A stretch of 64,000 nucleotides of DNA from Macrostomum lignano (lineage: Eukaryota): positions 62,001 to 126,000 of the forward strand of contig NIVC01001459.1 in the NCBI GenBank assembly GCA_002269645.1. The letters run 5' to 3'. The notes under the pieces are model-generated. The model made no database searches and was not told the origin of the DNA. It was given only the letters and a program-made list of their open reading frames with translations. Below, one piece after another: positions 34,791 to 64,000 of this stretch (the first letter of the stretch is position 1; every line of letters begins with the position of its first letter). The position numbers and the translations under genes are program-made.

Positions 34791-35622
34791 TCAGTTCGGG
34801 GCCATGAATGCGCACTCGCCGTACCACCCCAGCCTCCGGACTGTCCTTGTGCGCAGTTGCCTTCGCTCCAGTCGTCATTGTCGGAGTCCGGGGTGCTGAA
34901 CTGCCAGTTGTTCGGCTGAGAACTTATGATAAGTCAGCTGTCCGACACTCGACCTGCTCGCGTCCAGAGGTCCCATCGAGCACCTGTACTTGTCGCTCGC
35001 TGGGCCAACAGAGAACGGAGCATTCTCAGCCCAGTACCAGGTGCCGTTCCAGTCGCTGAACTCCCAGCGGACTCTCCACACTCCAGTGGCGGTGAGCTGG
35101 TGGAGCTGCTCCAGTCCCATCCAGTAGTTGAGACTCTCGCCCTGACCGAATCCGCTCGGGTAGTCCGCCCAGTTCCGGTTGAAGCTGACGGAGCCGTCGA
35201 CTCTGTGCTGGAAGGTCGTCCAGCACTTCACCGGCTTCCTCATCTGCAGTGGGAGATGCGGTGCTGCATTTCATGCACGCATATTGATGCGGTGCTGCAA
35301 AGTGCAGAATCCACAAAGCAAAGCCCAGCTCACTCACCCACAGCTGAGCCAGGCTGGAGTCGCTGGCGTGCCGGCACTTCCTGCAGTCGTCCATCGCAGT
35401 CCTGCAGTCGTGATCGCAGGCCAGCAGCGAGCAGGAGCCCGAGGCCGCGTCGAAGCGGACGGCTTCCGCGTTGTCAGCAAGCATCGTACAGTGCCTGTCG
35501 TTGATGGCCAGCTTCACCGCCAGCACCCGGTACTGGGCGAGGTCGCCTCGGTGGAGCTCCCAGCCGGAGTCTGCGGCCGTTGCAGTCGCCATGACAGCGC
35601 AGATGATGAGCAGAGAATGCAT
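34791..35622 (-). pseudogene. Secreted fibrinogen-related domain (FReD) protein with a Cys-rich (PAN/apple-like) N-terminal module, C-terminus disrupted. Exons 35622-35338 and 35243-34791
   Basis: Signal peptide MHSLLIICAVMATATA; 94-nt GT-AG intron. FReD motifs FQHRVDGSVSFNRNWADY..GFG, YWMGLEQLHQLT, WQFSTPDSDND, GGW-WYGEC. Frameshifts at ~34919 and ~34828, and TGA at 34791-34793 where the family NG.Y motif is expected. Pseudogene versus assembly error is unresolved. Confidence 0.7.
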
Positions 35623-36352
35623 TGCGTCGTGAGACAGCAGTTTGTTTGAGATTTCACAGTTTCGTTCCGCGTGTTGGCATCCCGGGAGGCTGCGCTTTAA
35701 TAACTTGAGTTTAGAGCTGGGTGACAAGCGGATGAGGGAAGAGAATTGAGGCGTCGATTTCCCGGTTCCCATCTCAGTGTACGGCTGATAAACAGGTCTC
35801 TTGCAAGGTTGTCAAGGCGATCCAGTCCCACCCAGCAACGCCCCTTGATCGGCCTAATGACTATTTACTGTGCAGAATCTTCTTGGTTTTTAGAGGTAAG
35901 GTGGTTGTCAGGACCAATGTAAATTCACTGCTAATCTATCTGCATTAGAGCTCTTCTAATAGAGATGGGCCCTCATTATACATGTAAATCATTATGCATG
36001 TAAATGTAATTATGCATGTAATCAGTGCACATTATCCTATTTTTACATAAAAGTGTGCCATTCGATCTAGCTCTTTGTCCATATTCTAGTTCAATGCACT
36101 GGCCATTGTTGTACACAGAGTGGCCGGCCATCCAAGACTGGCCCTGCCGACACCTTCTGTCAGCTGTCAGGGTAGAGAGACAATGAGAGACGAAGCACGA
36201 ATTAAGTATTTAAGTGAATTATTGAAAGTTAGTAGCTTCTCAAATCGTTCACCCCGTTTATATATAGACTCATCGATCAGATAGGTACATGTATGATATT
36301 AAACGATAGGACACCGTCATGTGCATGTCTGTCTGTCTGCATGTCGAAATAA

Positions 36353-38890
36353 CCCTAGATGAAATCGTCATGCCATTTCTTAGCAGATCTGTCTGGAGCT
36401 TCTCGCTACGTTCTTGCAAGAACGTAACAGATCTGCACTATTAAAATATATAGGCAGAACTTACAAGATCTGCAGGAAGATCTTGCACGGTCTGCACGAG
36501 CAGATCTTAGGAGATCTGGGCAGATCTTGTAAGATGTATTAAGCTTTACCAATTGAATGCATTGTCCGTCTTATCAAATCTTCCCAGATCTGTTTAGTAA
36601 TCCATTTATAAAACCCCAATGCACTAATTTAATTCCAATAAAGAACACGGGTTATGACAGGACTTTCTTATTTGATTCTGCACTTTTAGTATTGTGCTAG
36701 TAAGCTGCCAGAACAAAAGCAAATGTCATTGAACAATCAAAATAAAGTAGACATATTTATTTGTGAAAATGTAAACAAATACACATATATGCTCATGAAA
36801 TAAAACTTGTATGCACAAGGGAAATAGCACAAGCAAAAAAGTCAACTTCAAAACAAAAGTTAAGCACACACTCAATAGAAAAAATACTAATGGTACAATG
36901 GACTAATGAAATTAGGGTGAGCAATACTTTTAGCAACTAAAAAATAGAAGCAGAAACATTTGAAAAAAACCAGGTGCATCTTTTACTACAATGTACAATT
37001 AAATTGGTTTGCAAATAATTGAAACTGAAAGAGTCCAGTACTGAAAGATTTTAAAGTCAATATTGCTAGAAAGCTTACTTTGTTATCAATAAAAGTAGGT
37101 CTATAAGAGCTCTTAGTAATACTTTAGGGCTCTTTATTATGTTGCATTTTTACTTTAGGCTGGCTTCATTTTTTCTTTTAGCAATCATAGGATGCTTGCC
37201 ACTTTGCCACTTGGTATAAAGACAAGCTTGGAACCCATAAGTAGCGATGCCATATTGACCATGTAAAGTAGCTGCAATGAAAAGGAAAATTGTAGTAAAG
37301 TTCTGGGATTTTAAACATTAATATTCAATTCAAAATAACTAAAATATAAAACAAATATCGTTGTTATGTTTTTAAATAGTCAGAGTAATAACTTTTGTAA
37401 AAGTTCTTTGGTCTAATTAAATTTAGACCTGTTTTTCTTCTATTCTATATTTTTCATATTATTCATCTAGGCCTATCTAGTATAAATACTTTTAGATTTT
37501 GCTATGCCTATCTATATTCTTCAAATAGTAGGTCAAGGCTTAAGATAACTTTCTAACAACCATAAGCCTATATTTAAGCATCTAGGTTTAATTTTAATTC
37601 ATAAAAACTATACCCTATATAGCAATTAAAATTTTTAGTAGAGTAGGGCCTATTTTATTTTAAAATTAAAATGATGAGCCTAGTTATAACACTATTTACT
37701 AAAAATAGACATTACACTCTTAACCTAAGTGTTTAAAATCAAGGAGGGATTAAAACCAAGTTTTACAGATGTCAGTCTACCTATTTATAAATCTAGATAA
37801 GCATATATAAAACAAACAAAAACAGAATAGACCTATTTAATTAAGATTTACTTACTAGCTGGGTCACTAGAACTAGCCTAGCCCTAGCCTAGGGGCTAGA
37901 ACTAGGTATGTATATATAAATATAATATAATGAAATGCAAAAGACTACAAAAAATACTGATCTACGTAGGTAACTGAATTTCTGAATTATTAATGGATTA
38001 ATGAATTATTAATGGACAACATCACTAGGTCTAGAATGCATTCTGTTTCTATTAAAGCATAGAACAAAGTCATAGGCCAGGCCTACTCATACTTATAGGC
38101 CTGGGAGTAGGAGACAAGCCTAGATATATATATGATATAGATATATATATAGCATACATTTTATAGTCAGTCTGTCAACTATGTCAAATTTTAATTCATG
38201 ACGCAATCTGCTCTTCATTTAAAGCCATGCTATACTCAATCAAAAAAAGTTATTATGGCTAAAAAAGTAAAAAATAGTGATACTACACTATGAAACAATT
38301 TAAGGAATTAAAAATTACTTGTTCGGCTAAGTCGAAAGAAAGAACTGAGATGGATGGATAAATTGCAAGATCGAGAATTCAAACTATAAGGGTCCACTAT
38401 GTTCAGAACTGCGGAAAGAATATTTAAACAAATTCATTTACTGTTGGCTGCCAGAAGAACAACTAAAATAAATACAAATCATTAAAAAAACGTAATTACT
38501 ATTATGTTAAATATTTTGTGGAAAAAAACAATTCAGACACTTTTCAAAACTGGTCTGTACAGATCTGCAAGAACTGATCTGACAAGATCCAGCAGAGAAA
38601 TCTGAAAATATACGAAAGTCTTTTTTCTGATATACAGTTGAAAATTTTGTTTTCTATTTACCTAATAAGTATTTTCTAAAAATCACGAATGTTTTCTACG
38701 TACCAAACAATAAAAAATGGCTTGCAAAGATTTGTAAGATCTTGTAAGACAAAAGCAGATACAGATCTGCTAAGAGATTTAAGTAAGAACAGATCTGTTA
38801 AGAATGTGTTAACCAAAATTCACAGATCTGCTAAGAAATTTAAGTAAGAACAGATCTGCCAAGAATGAGTAAACAGAACTTCATCTAGGG
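36353..38890. mobile_element. Non-autonomous DNA transposon, CMC/EnSpm(CACTA)-like
   Basis: 11-bp TIR CCCTAGATGAA at 36353 and its complement ending at 38890, AA on both flanks (2-bp TSD), clustered subterminal AGATCT(G) repeats at both ends, AT-rich interior, no transposase ORF seen. Confidence 0.7.
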
Positions 38891-40609
38891 AAACGAAGAA
38901 AGTTGCCTTGACAAGTTCCATATGTACACTAGTCCCATTTGACACACAGTGGGAAAGAGAATCAACCATATCTGAAAGGAATATAGGGATAAGGAATAAT
39001 GGGGATATTTTATGTGTCAGCTGTAACTGTCAGTTAGCTACGAAAAGGTGAGGTCGAGAGTGGCAGTGACAGGAGAGAGAGAGGCAGAGAAAGAGTAAGA
39101 GCTTGAGGAAGAGAGGGCGAGAGGGAAAGTGAGAGTGAGAGAGAGTGAGGGTAAGAGTATAAGGGGATATTGAGAGGGGGAATTAGTCAGGGCAAGATAA
39201 GAGAGAGACAGAGTACGCAGAGGTAGAGAGAGAGTGAGAGAAAAAGGGAAAGAGAGTGAGGGTAAGATGCAGGGGAGGAAAATTGAGAGTGAGAGGGTGA
39301 AAGAGTGAGAGGGAGGGTGAGAGTCAGTGAGAGGGAGAGAGGAAGAGAGAGTGATGAGAGGGTGAGAATGAGGGCTTTGAAGAGGGTCTGAGTTGAAATG
39401 GTAAATTGTTAGGACCATAAAAAAAATTAATTAAAAATTTCAGATAAAAAAGTAGCCCGAAAAATCGTCCCAGTCAGCACATTATAAGATTTGATCATAA
39501 TAAGCAATCGCATGGCAATCACAATAAAAAAGATAATTTACTTTTTTATCTCTTAGTACATGTATATTTTGCAATTCATTAAGAGGAAATACTGATTGGA
39601 TAATCTGAGGCAGAATTTTTTCTATTTAAATAAAGCAGATAACATTTGTTTTAATAAAATAATGCAACAAATTTAAACGTTTAGGCTAAAAATGTTGGTG
39701 AATTTGAACCATTCTATCTTTTTTAATTAACAAACAGTAGGTTTAGGTGTACCAGACACTTTGAGTAATTTATGCAGCAAGTATAGGCTATGTTAAGCTT
39801 TGGAAAAAGTGCAGAAAGAATTTAAATAAACCGTAAAGTTAAAAATATCTGAGCAAAAATCAAAAGTTTAGTACGGTAGTAATAATACTAGCTGACTAGC
39901 TGTATATACTGTAGTTTATATATTATATTAGTGTATATATAGTTGATATAAATCCATTACATGTATTAGACAGAGTTAATAATTATATAATACAAGCAAC
40001 TTAAAATTTTTTTACCGTAAATACTAGCTCATTTGTATATTTCTACTTGCATGCCAAAAAGCTCTTCAAGGTTTCCTGAATATTTCTCAGAACCTTATGT
40101 CAAGTATGGGATAGTTTTTAAGCTTCAAATTTCAATGGGTTTAAACTTCACTATTGCTTGGAATGTGGTATTCTTTCAACAGGATATTTTAGGTTTGTAT
40201 ACAAAATTGAGCATTTGTTAGAATTCAACATTTCTTAGAATACGCTTTTTTTCTTAGAATGCAATACTTCTTTAATCTGTGATAATTTTGAATGCGGTGT
40301 TTGTCATATTTCTTAGAAATTAGAAAACAGTGTTTCGTAGAAATTTTTTACTTAGAATGCATGCACTTTCTTAGAAAAAAATTAGAATAGCTTGAAGATT
40401 TCTTAGAATGCGAATTATCTTAGAATTTGATATGTAGATAATAAAATTTCCATTCCATCCAAGCTTTTGAAAATAAAAACTATGCTAGACTTCTTCAACG
40501 ATACGAAATTTGAAGCTTAAGCTCACGGATTACGTACATGGCGAATACGTAAAAGCAAATCCTTCAATACCAAAATAAACTGCTACTAAAAGATCACAAG
40601 CAACAACAA

Positions 40610-58088
<17,479 letters not shown>

Positions 58089-59612
58089 CTCCGCTTGTCT
58101 AGTCGCTTTTTACTAGCATTGGTCACAGCTTCATGTTAAAAATCAGCGTTGTATTAATTGGTGCATGTAGCTTTTTAAACTTAAGTTATGGTCTCAAAAA
58201 AATACTAGAAGCCACAGAACTAACGCATAATTTGAAAATGTTATTTGTACCACGAAAACTACAAAATCATTAGAAAAAGACTAAAACCAAAAAGTAACTT
58301 TTTATTTTAAATATCTAAAGCAGAAGCTGACCAAAGCAGATCAAACATCATAATAGTGTTAAATTAGCAGTTTCAATTTGTTTTAAAGAGTTCTAACGGT
58401 GTTTATTATAACAGTTTTATAATTTACATACCACGCAGATGTCTGTATCCGATGCTCTTTATTCCAACCTTACTGGACAGAGGCGATGTTATATGTACAT
58501 GTACATGTATCTTAGACCAGATAATTATTTAGTCACGAGCCTATACAAATCATTTTGTCACGATCCTAGGCAAAAAGACTGTCATAATGCTACGTTACCT
58601 TGTACAGAAAAGCTACTTTCTACATAATAAGGACTACTAGCAGCATATACTGCTAGTGGTCCTTGAATTGTATACATGTAGTTTCTATCCGAGCTTCATA
58701 CATTATATAATCAAAAATAATCTGAGAATCTATCTTGCGGATGATATGTTGGTAATTTTTAGGATGGGCTCACTCACACACCCACTTAATCGATCATTCA
58801 CTCATTCGATCGCCATAACTTTTTTTGCTTATCACTAACGCGTGATCTTAGCTAATTTCAGACAATTTCTAGAATACTCAAATGCATGCGCCGCGCTTGT
58901 ACATGTACATGTACTTGTACATTAATACATTGCTTCATTATTTAAATCAAATTTTGGCAACCCCATCTTCTTGGCAGCGCATTTACATAATTCAGGGTTA
59001 TAACTTCTTCTGTGGCTATAATAAAAAAGCAAATCTCTAGAGATTTTTTGCTGCTTTCCATTCGCTTGGCCCATAAATTCACAGCAGCATCATTGAGGCA
59101 GCAGCGCGCGCGGCCGCCAAATTAATTGTTCGTGTGGAAGCTGCTGCTGAATGCCCGCCAAAGTCCGCGGGGCGGGGGCTGAAGGCGTGCGCAACTTTCC
59201 ATTTTTTATTTCTTTATTACCACATTTATAAGGTTATTATAGGTGCAGGTCTACACACACTGTAGCTGCTTTGTGCCAGAAATCTTAAATTTGGAGATAC
59301 ATGTATTGTACACAGTAACCATATAGGTAAGAAATGTAATAAACAATGAAATTACAATGTGAATATATAATTATATTGCTGCAAATGAATATAATATATA
59401 ATTATATTCATTTTTATTGCCTGCAGCAAGAGTATACGCTTAATTGGTTAAAGCAAAACAGAAATATATTTACTAACCTTAGTTATAATTACTAAGCTTT
59501 ATTTTTATAATTACTGGGTTAATTTTCAACAACACGGTTACGCGTCATGATCCGTGTCGACTTGTTGGGGTTATAAATTTACGAGCGTAAATGCGGACAT
59601 TTTAGAATGAAA

Positions 59613-59966
59613 CTAAGGGTGAGATTAGGGACCTAAGGGTGAGATTAAGAAACTAAGGGTGAGATTAGGGACCTAAGGGTGAGATTAAGAAACTAAGGGT
59701 GAGATTAGGGACCTAAGGGTGAGATTAAGAAACTAAGGGTGAGATTAGGGACCTAAGGGTGAGATTAAGAAACTAAGGGTGAGATTAGGAACCTAAGGTT
59801 AGATTAGGGACCTAAGGGTTAGATTAAGAAACTAAGAGTGAGATTAGGAACCTAAGGGTGAGATTAAGAAACTAAAGGTGAGATTAGGAACCTAAGGGTA
59901 GATTAGGGACCTAAGGGTGAGATTAAGAAACTAAGAGTGAGATTAGGAACCTAAGGGTGAGATTAA
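59613..59966. repeat. Minisatellite, 20/40 bp (CTAAGGGTGAGATTAGGGAC / CTAAGGGTGAGATTAAGAAA)
   Basis: Two alternating variants. Confidence 0.88.
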
Positions 59967-60260
59967 GAAACCATAAGATGAAAGACCTAAAGGTGAGATC
60001 AGGGATCTAACGGTGAGATTAGGGATTAGGAACCCAAGAGCGAGACGGGGATCTGAAGGCGACAGTAGGGATCCAAGCCTATATTTAAGAATAGAGCATG
60101 GATATTCTTGAGCTAAAAATTTTCCATGAATCATTGCGAATTTTAGGAATCGAGCAGACTGAAAAAAGCAAACTAATTATCACACCCGGACTATAGATTT
60201 TGTAGCCTATAATTTTAAACGGACTGCAACTTTGCAGCAATCCTTGAAATACTCTTTTAG

Positions 60261-62407
60261 AGACAAAACCTTATGGACGCTGGGTAAAATTATTAGTTTG
60301 GACAAGATCTGCATAGAGGTTTGATGGATTACTTTTAAATAATTAGGGCTACTATCTGCGCTTAAAGCAGCTGCTGCAAGAAGGCGACTTTCTTCACGCG
60401 TAAGTGTCGCTCCAGGCATAAGCTATACATATAGATCATTAAAGCAGCTGTGAGTTTATGGCTTTCAGGTGTGTCAGCTTCCATGTGGATCATAGCTTCC
60501 ATGTGGGTCATAGCTTCCATGTGGATCATAGCTTCCATGTGGATCATAGCTTCCATGTGGGTCATAGCTTCCATGTGGATCATAGCTTCCATGTGGATCA
60601 TAGCTTCCATGTGGATCATAGCTTCCATGTGGATCATAGCTTCCATGTGGGTCATAGCTTCCATGTGGATCATAGCTTCCATGTGGATCATAGCTTCCAT
60701 GTGGATCATAGCTTCCATGTGGATCATAGCTTCCATGTGGATCATAGCTTCCATGTGGGTCATAGCTTCCATGTGGATCATAGCTTCCATGTGGATCATA
60801 GCTTCCATGTGGATCATAGCTTCCATGTGGATCATAGCTTCCATGTGGATCATAGCTTCCATGTGGGTCATAGCTTCCATGTGGATCATAGCTTCCATGT
60901 GGATCATAGCTTCCATGTGGGTCATAGCTTCCATGTGGATCATAGCTTCCATGTGGGTCATAGCTTCCATGTGGGTCATAGCTTCCATGTGGATCATAGC
61001 TTCCATGTGGGTCATAGCTTCCATGTGGGTCATAGCTTCCATGTGGATCATAGCTTCCATGTGGATCATAGCTTCCATGTGGGTCATAGCTTCCATGTGG
61101 ATCATAGCTTCCATGTGGGTCATAGCTTCCATGTGGGTCATAGCTTCCATGTGGATCATAGCTTCCATGTGGGTCATAGCTTCCATGTGGGTCATAACTT
61201 CCATGTGGATCATAGCTTCCATGTGGGTCATAGCTTCCATGTGGGTCATAACTTCCATGTGGATCATAGCTTCCATGTGGGTCATAGCTTCCATGTGGAT
61301 CATAGCTTCCATGTGGATCATAGCTTCCATGTGGGTCATAGCTTCCATGTGGATCATAGCTTCCATGTGGATCATAGCTTCCATGTGGATCATAGCTTCC
61401 ATGTGGGTCATAACTTCTATGTGGGTCATAGCTTCCATGTGGATCATAGCTTCCATGTGGATCATAGCTTCTATGTGGGTCATAGCTTCCATGTGGATCA
61501 TAGCTTCCATGTGGGTCATAAATTCCATGTGGGCCATAGCTTCCATGGTGGTCATAACTTCCATGTGGGCCATAGCTTCTATGTGGGTCATAACTTCTAT
61601 GTGGGCCATAGCTTCTATCTTGTCATATCACATATATAGGTCATTTTGGGTCATAGCTTCCATATGGCACATTAGCTTACATTTGAATCATACATGTAGC
61701 TTCCATGTGGGTCATAACTTCCATGTGGGCCATAGCTTCCATGTGGGTCATAGCTTCCATGTGGGTCATAGCTTCCATGTGGATCATAGCTTCCATGTGG
61801 ATCATAGCTTCCATGTGGATCATAGCTTCCATTTGGGCCATAGCTTCCATGTGGGTCATAGCTTCCATGTGGATCATAGCTTCCATGTGGATCATAGCTT
61901 CCATGTGGATCATAGCTTCCATGTGGGTCATAGCTTCCATGTGGATCATAGCTTCCATGTGGGTCATAGCTTCCATGTGGGTCATAGCTTCCATGTGGAT
62001 CATAGCTTCCATGTGGGTCATAGCTTCCATGTGGGTCATAGCTTCCATGTGGATCATAGCTTCCATGTGGGTCATAGCTTCCATGTGGGTCATAGCTTCC
62101 ATGTGGATCATAGCTTCCATGTGGGTCATAGCTTCCATGTGGGTCATAACTTCCATGTGGATCATAGCTTCCATGTGGGTCATAGCTTCCATGTGGATCA
62201 TAGCTTCCATGTGGATCATAGCTTCCATGTGGGTCATAGCTTCCATGTGGATCATAGCTTCCATGTGGATCATAGCTTCCATGTGGATCATAGCTTCCAT
62301 GTGGGTCATGGCTTCATTTGAGTCATCGCATACGTCCGTTTGGGTCATTACTTATACATGTATCGTGATATTCTGTGTAAAGCATGGCTGGCCTTATAGT
62401 TCGTGGT
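60261..62407 (+). CDS. Tentative small exons of an unidentified gene (60261-60283, 60347-60399, from 62383), reading ..KPYGRWGYYLRLKQLLQEGDFLHAMAGLIVR..
   Basis: Strong GTAAGT donor at 60400 and phase-compatible AG acceptors at 60260, 60346 and 62382. No recognisable family. Confidence 0.25.
60478..62310. repeat. Minisatellite, 18 bp (CATAGCTTCCATGTGG[A/G]T)
   Basis: About 100 units in two main variants, with a degenerate interruption at ~61520-61700. Confidence 0.94.
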
Positions 62408-62629
62408 AAATATCAAAGGAAGCAAGTGCAAGTTTGTGCGTCGGTGAAGGACTACCAAGTCTATAGTAGATCAATTTTAATTTTCAAAATGCTGGGAAGA
62501 TGCAGCGGATTATGGCTCTGGCTTATTGTTCGTCACTTTGGACTTGGGGTCCAGCTGATTAAAGAATTTGTTATACGGATAAAATATTTCTGAACCTTAG
62601 TTACGCAGAAAAAAAATTAAATATAAGAC

Positions 62630-63200
62630 AGTGAGATTAAAATAACTTTGGAATAAGATTAGAGGTCTTTGAAGCGAGAGAAGATACATTTTGAGAGAGA
62701 TTAGTCGTAGCGATTAGACATCTTCGAGAGGAGATAGGATGTCTTGAAGTGAGATTAGAGATATTTGTAGCGAATTAGAAGTCTGGAACTGATATTAGAA
62801 GTATTGTAGTGAGATTAGAAGTATGAAAATGAGATCGAAGATCTGGAATTAAGATTAGATATCTTTGTAGTGACATTAGAGGAGTGAAGATGAGATAGAA
62901 GATCTAGAATGAGATTAGATATCTTTGTAGTGAGATTAGAAGAGTGAAAATTAGATAAAAGATCTGGAATGAGATTAGATATCTTTGTAGTGATATTAGA
63001 AGAGTGAAAATTAGATAGAAGATCTGGAATGAGATTAGATATCTTTATAGTGAGATTAGAAGAGTGAAAATGAAATAGAAGATCTGGAATGAGATTAGAT
63101 ATCTTTGCAGTGAGATAAGAGGTGTGAAAGTTAGTTAGAAGATCGTGAATGAGATTAGACATCTTTGTAGTGAGCTTAGAAGTGTGAAAATGAGGTTAGA
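62630..63200. repeat. Degenerate ~60 bp tandem repeat (GAGATTAGATATCTTTGTAGTGAGATTAGAAG...)
   Basis: GAGATTAGAT recurs at 62911, 62971, 63031 and 63091. Confidence 0.8.
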
Positions 63201-64000
63201 GATTTCAGAATAAGAATAGTTATCTTCGGGAGCTAAGACGAAAACTATCAGAATGTTATAGATCCTGTCAGTGAGATCTAGAAAAGAGATTAGACTAACG
63301 GAGAATGTAGATTAGAGTGGCTAGTTATGAATAGATGCTAGGAAGGTTGAAAATTCCAGTCTTGTCAAAAATCTCAAGATCGTCCATTCCAGTTCGAATT
63401 CGCCAGCGCTGAATGAATAACTGCAGTCTTAGTTAACCAGCGTACATGTAAGTCTAGTTTTTTAACGTTTTTTTACCGAATTGTTTCAATTGGACCAATG
63501 AGAAGCGAGTGGGCTGGGGTTGCGTCTGCTCCCTTCTCTCTCTGTCCCTCTATTTCTTACCTTACCCTTACTGATTTATAAGCATTTGCAAGTAGCGAAC
63601 CGACCGGTCCCAACACGACTGGCAGGGCCCGAAGTTACCACCAAAAGCTTTACTTATAACACAACTAGCTGGAATTCCCGCAGCAACCAACCAGAGACAA
63701 GCGGGACCTGCAGTCATCCACCCTCGGGAAACCTATTGAAAACTGTACAGTTAAGCGCACGTAAGGTGATTTTCTCTGTTTATCTAAGGCCAACCACTGC
63801 CAACACGAAGGACTAAGTTAACTCCTCTGCTGCCCAGCCGGCCAACCAGACCTGCGCCCCCCCCCCACTAAAATCCCTTTCCAGGTCCTAAAAAAGATTT
63901 TGACAAGGCATTTAGGTTTAGTTATAGATACTTCCCAGTACCAGTCTGCAGACAGGAAGACAGAACAACGAATTGTTAAAAGAAACGGAGGATCGGAGTT

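Noticed and set aside
59613-59966. Interstitial telomere (contains TTAGGG)
   Set aside because: TTAGGG occurs only as part of a 20/40-bp unit and never in tandem.

Overview
Eukaryotic (invertebrate animal) genomic DNA. GC-rich exons are separated by GT-AG introns mostly filled with minisatellites. The architecture resembles the free-living flatworm Macrostomum, but this is inference and cannot be confirmed here. I reconstructed exon chains by hand, checking splice phases, for: (1) mitochondrial alanyl-tRNA synthetase (AARS2-like, +, 3518-13112); (2) an mTERF-family gene directly downstream (+, ~14608-16245); (3) a nicotinic acetylcholine receptor alpha subunit (+, 19817-32360) with a single -1 frameshift and a GC-AG intron; (4) a disrupted secreted fibrinogen-domain gene (-, 34791-35622); (5) a ~17.5 kb KIAA1549/UPF0606-like type I membrane mucin (-, 40610-58088) with a 3.6 kb Thr/Ala repeat exon. 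Also present are a tRNA-derived SINE, a hairpin MITE, a CMC/EnSpm-like non-autonomous element and about 30 distinct tandem-repeat arrays. The best leads are a possible spliced-leader-resolved AARS2-mTERF operon whose start Met may come from the flatworm SL 3' AUG, and two genes in which mutually complementary intronic repeats bracket exon blocks. Most long ORFs in the supplied track are artefacts of stop-free repeats. No CRISPR array, rRNA or intact tRNA was found.
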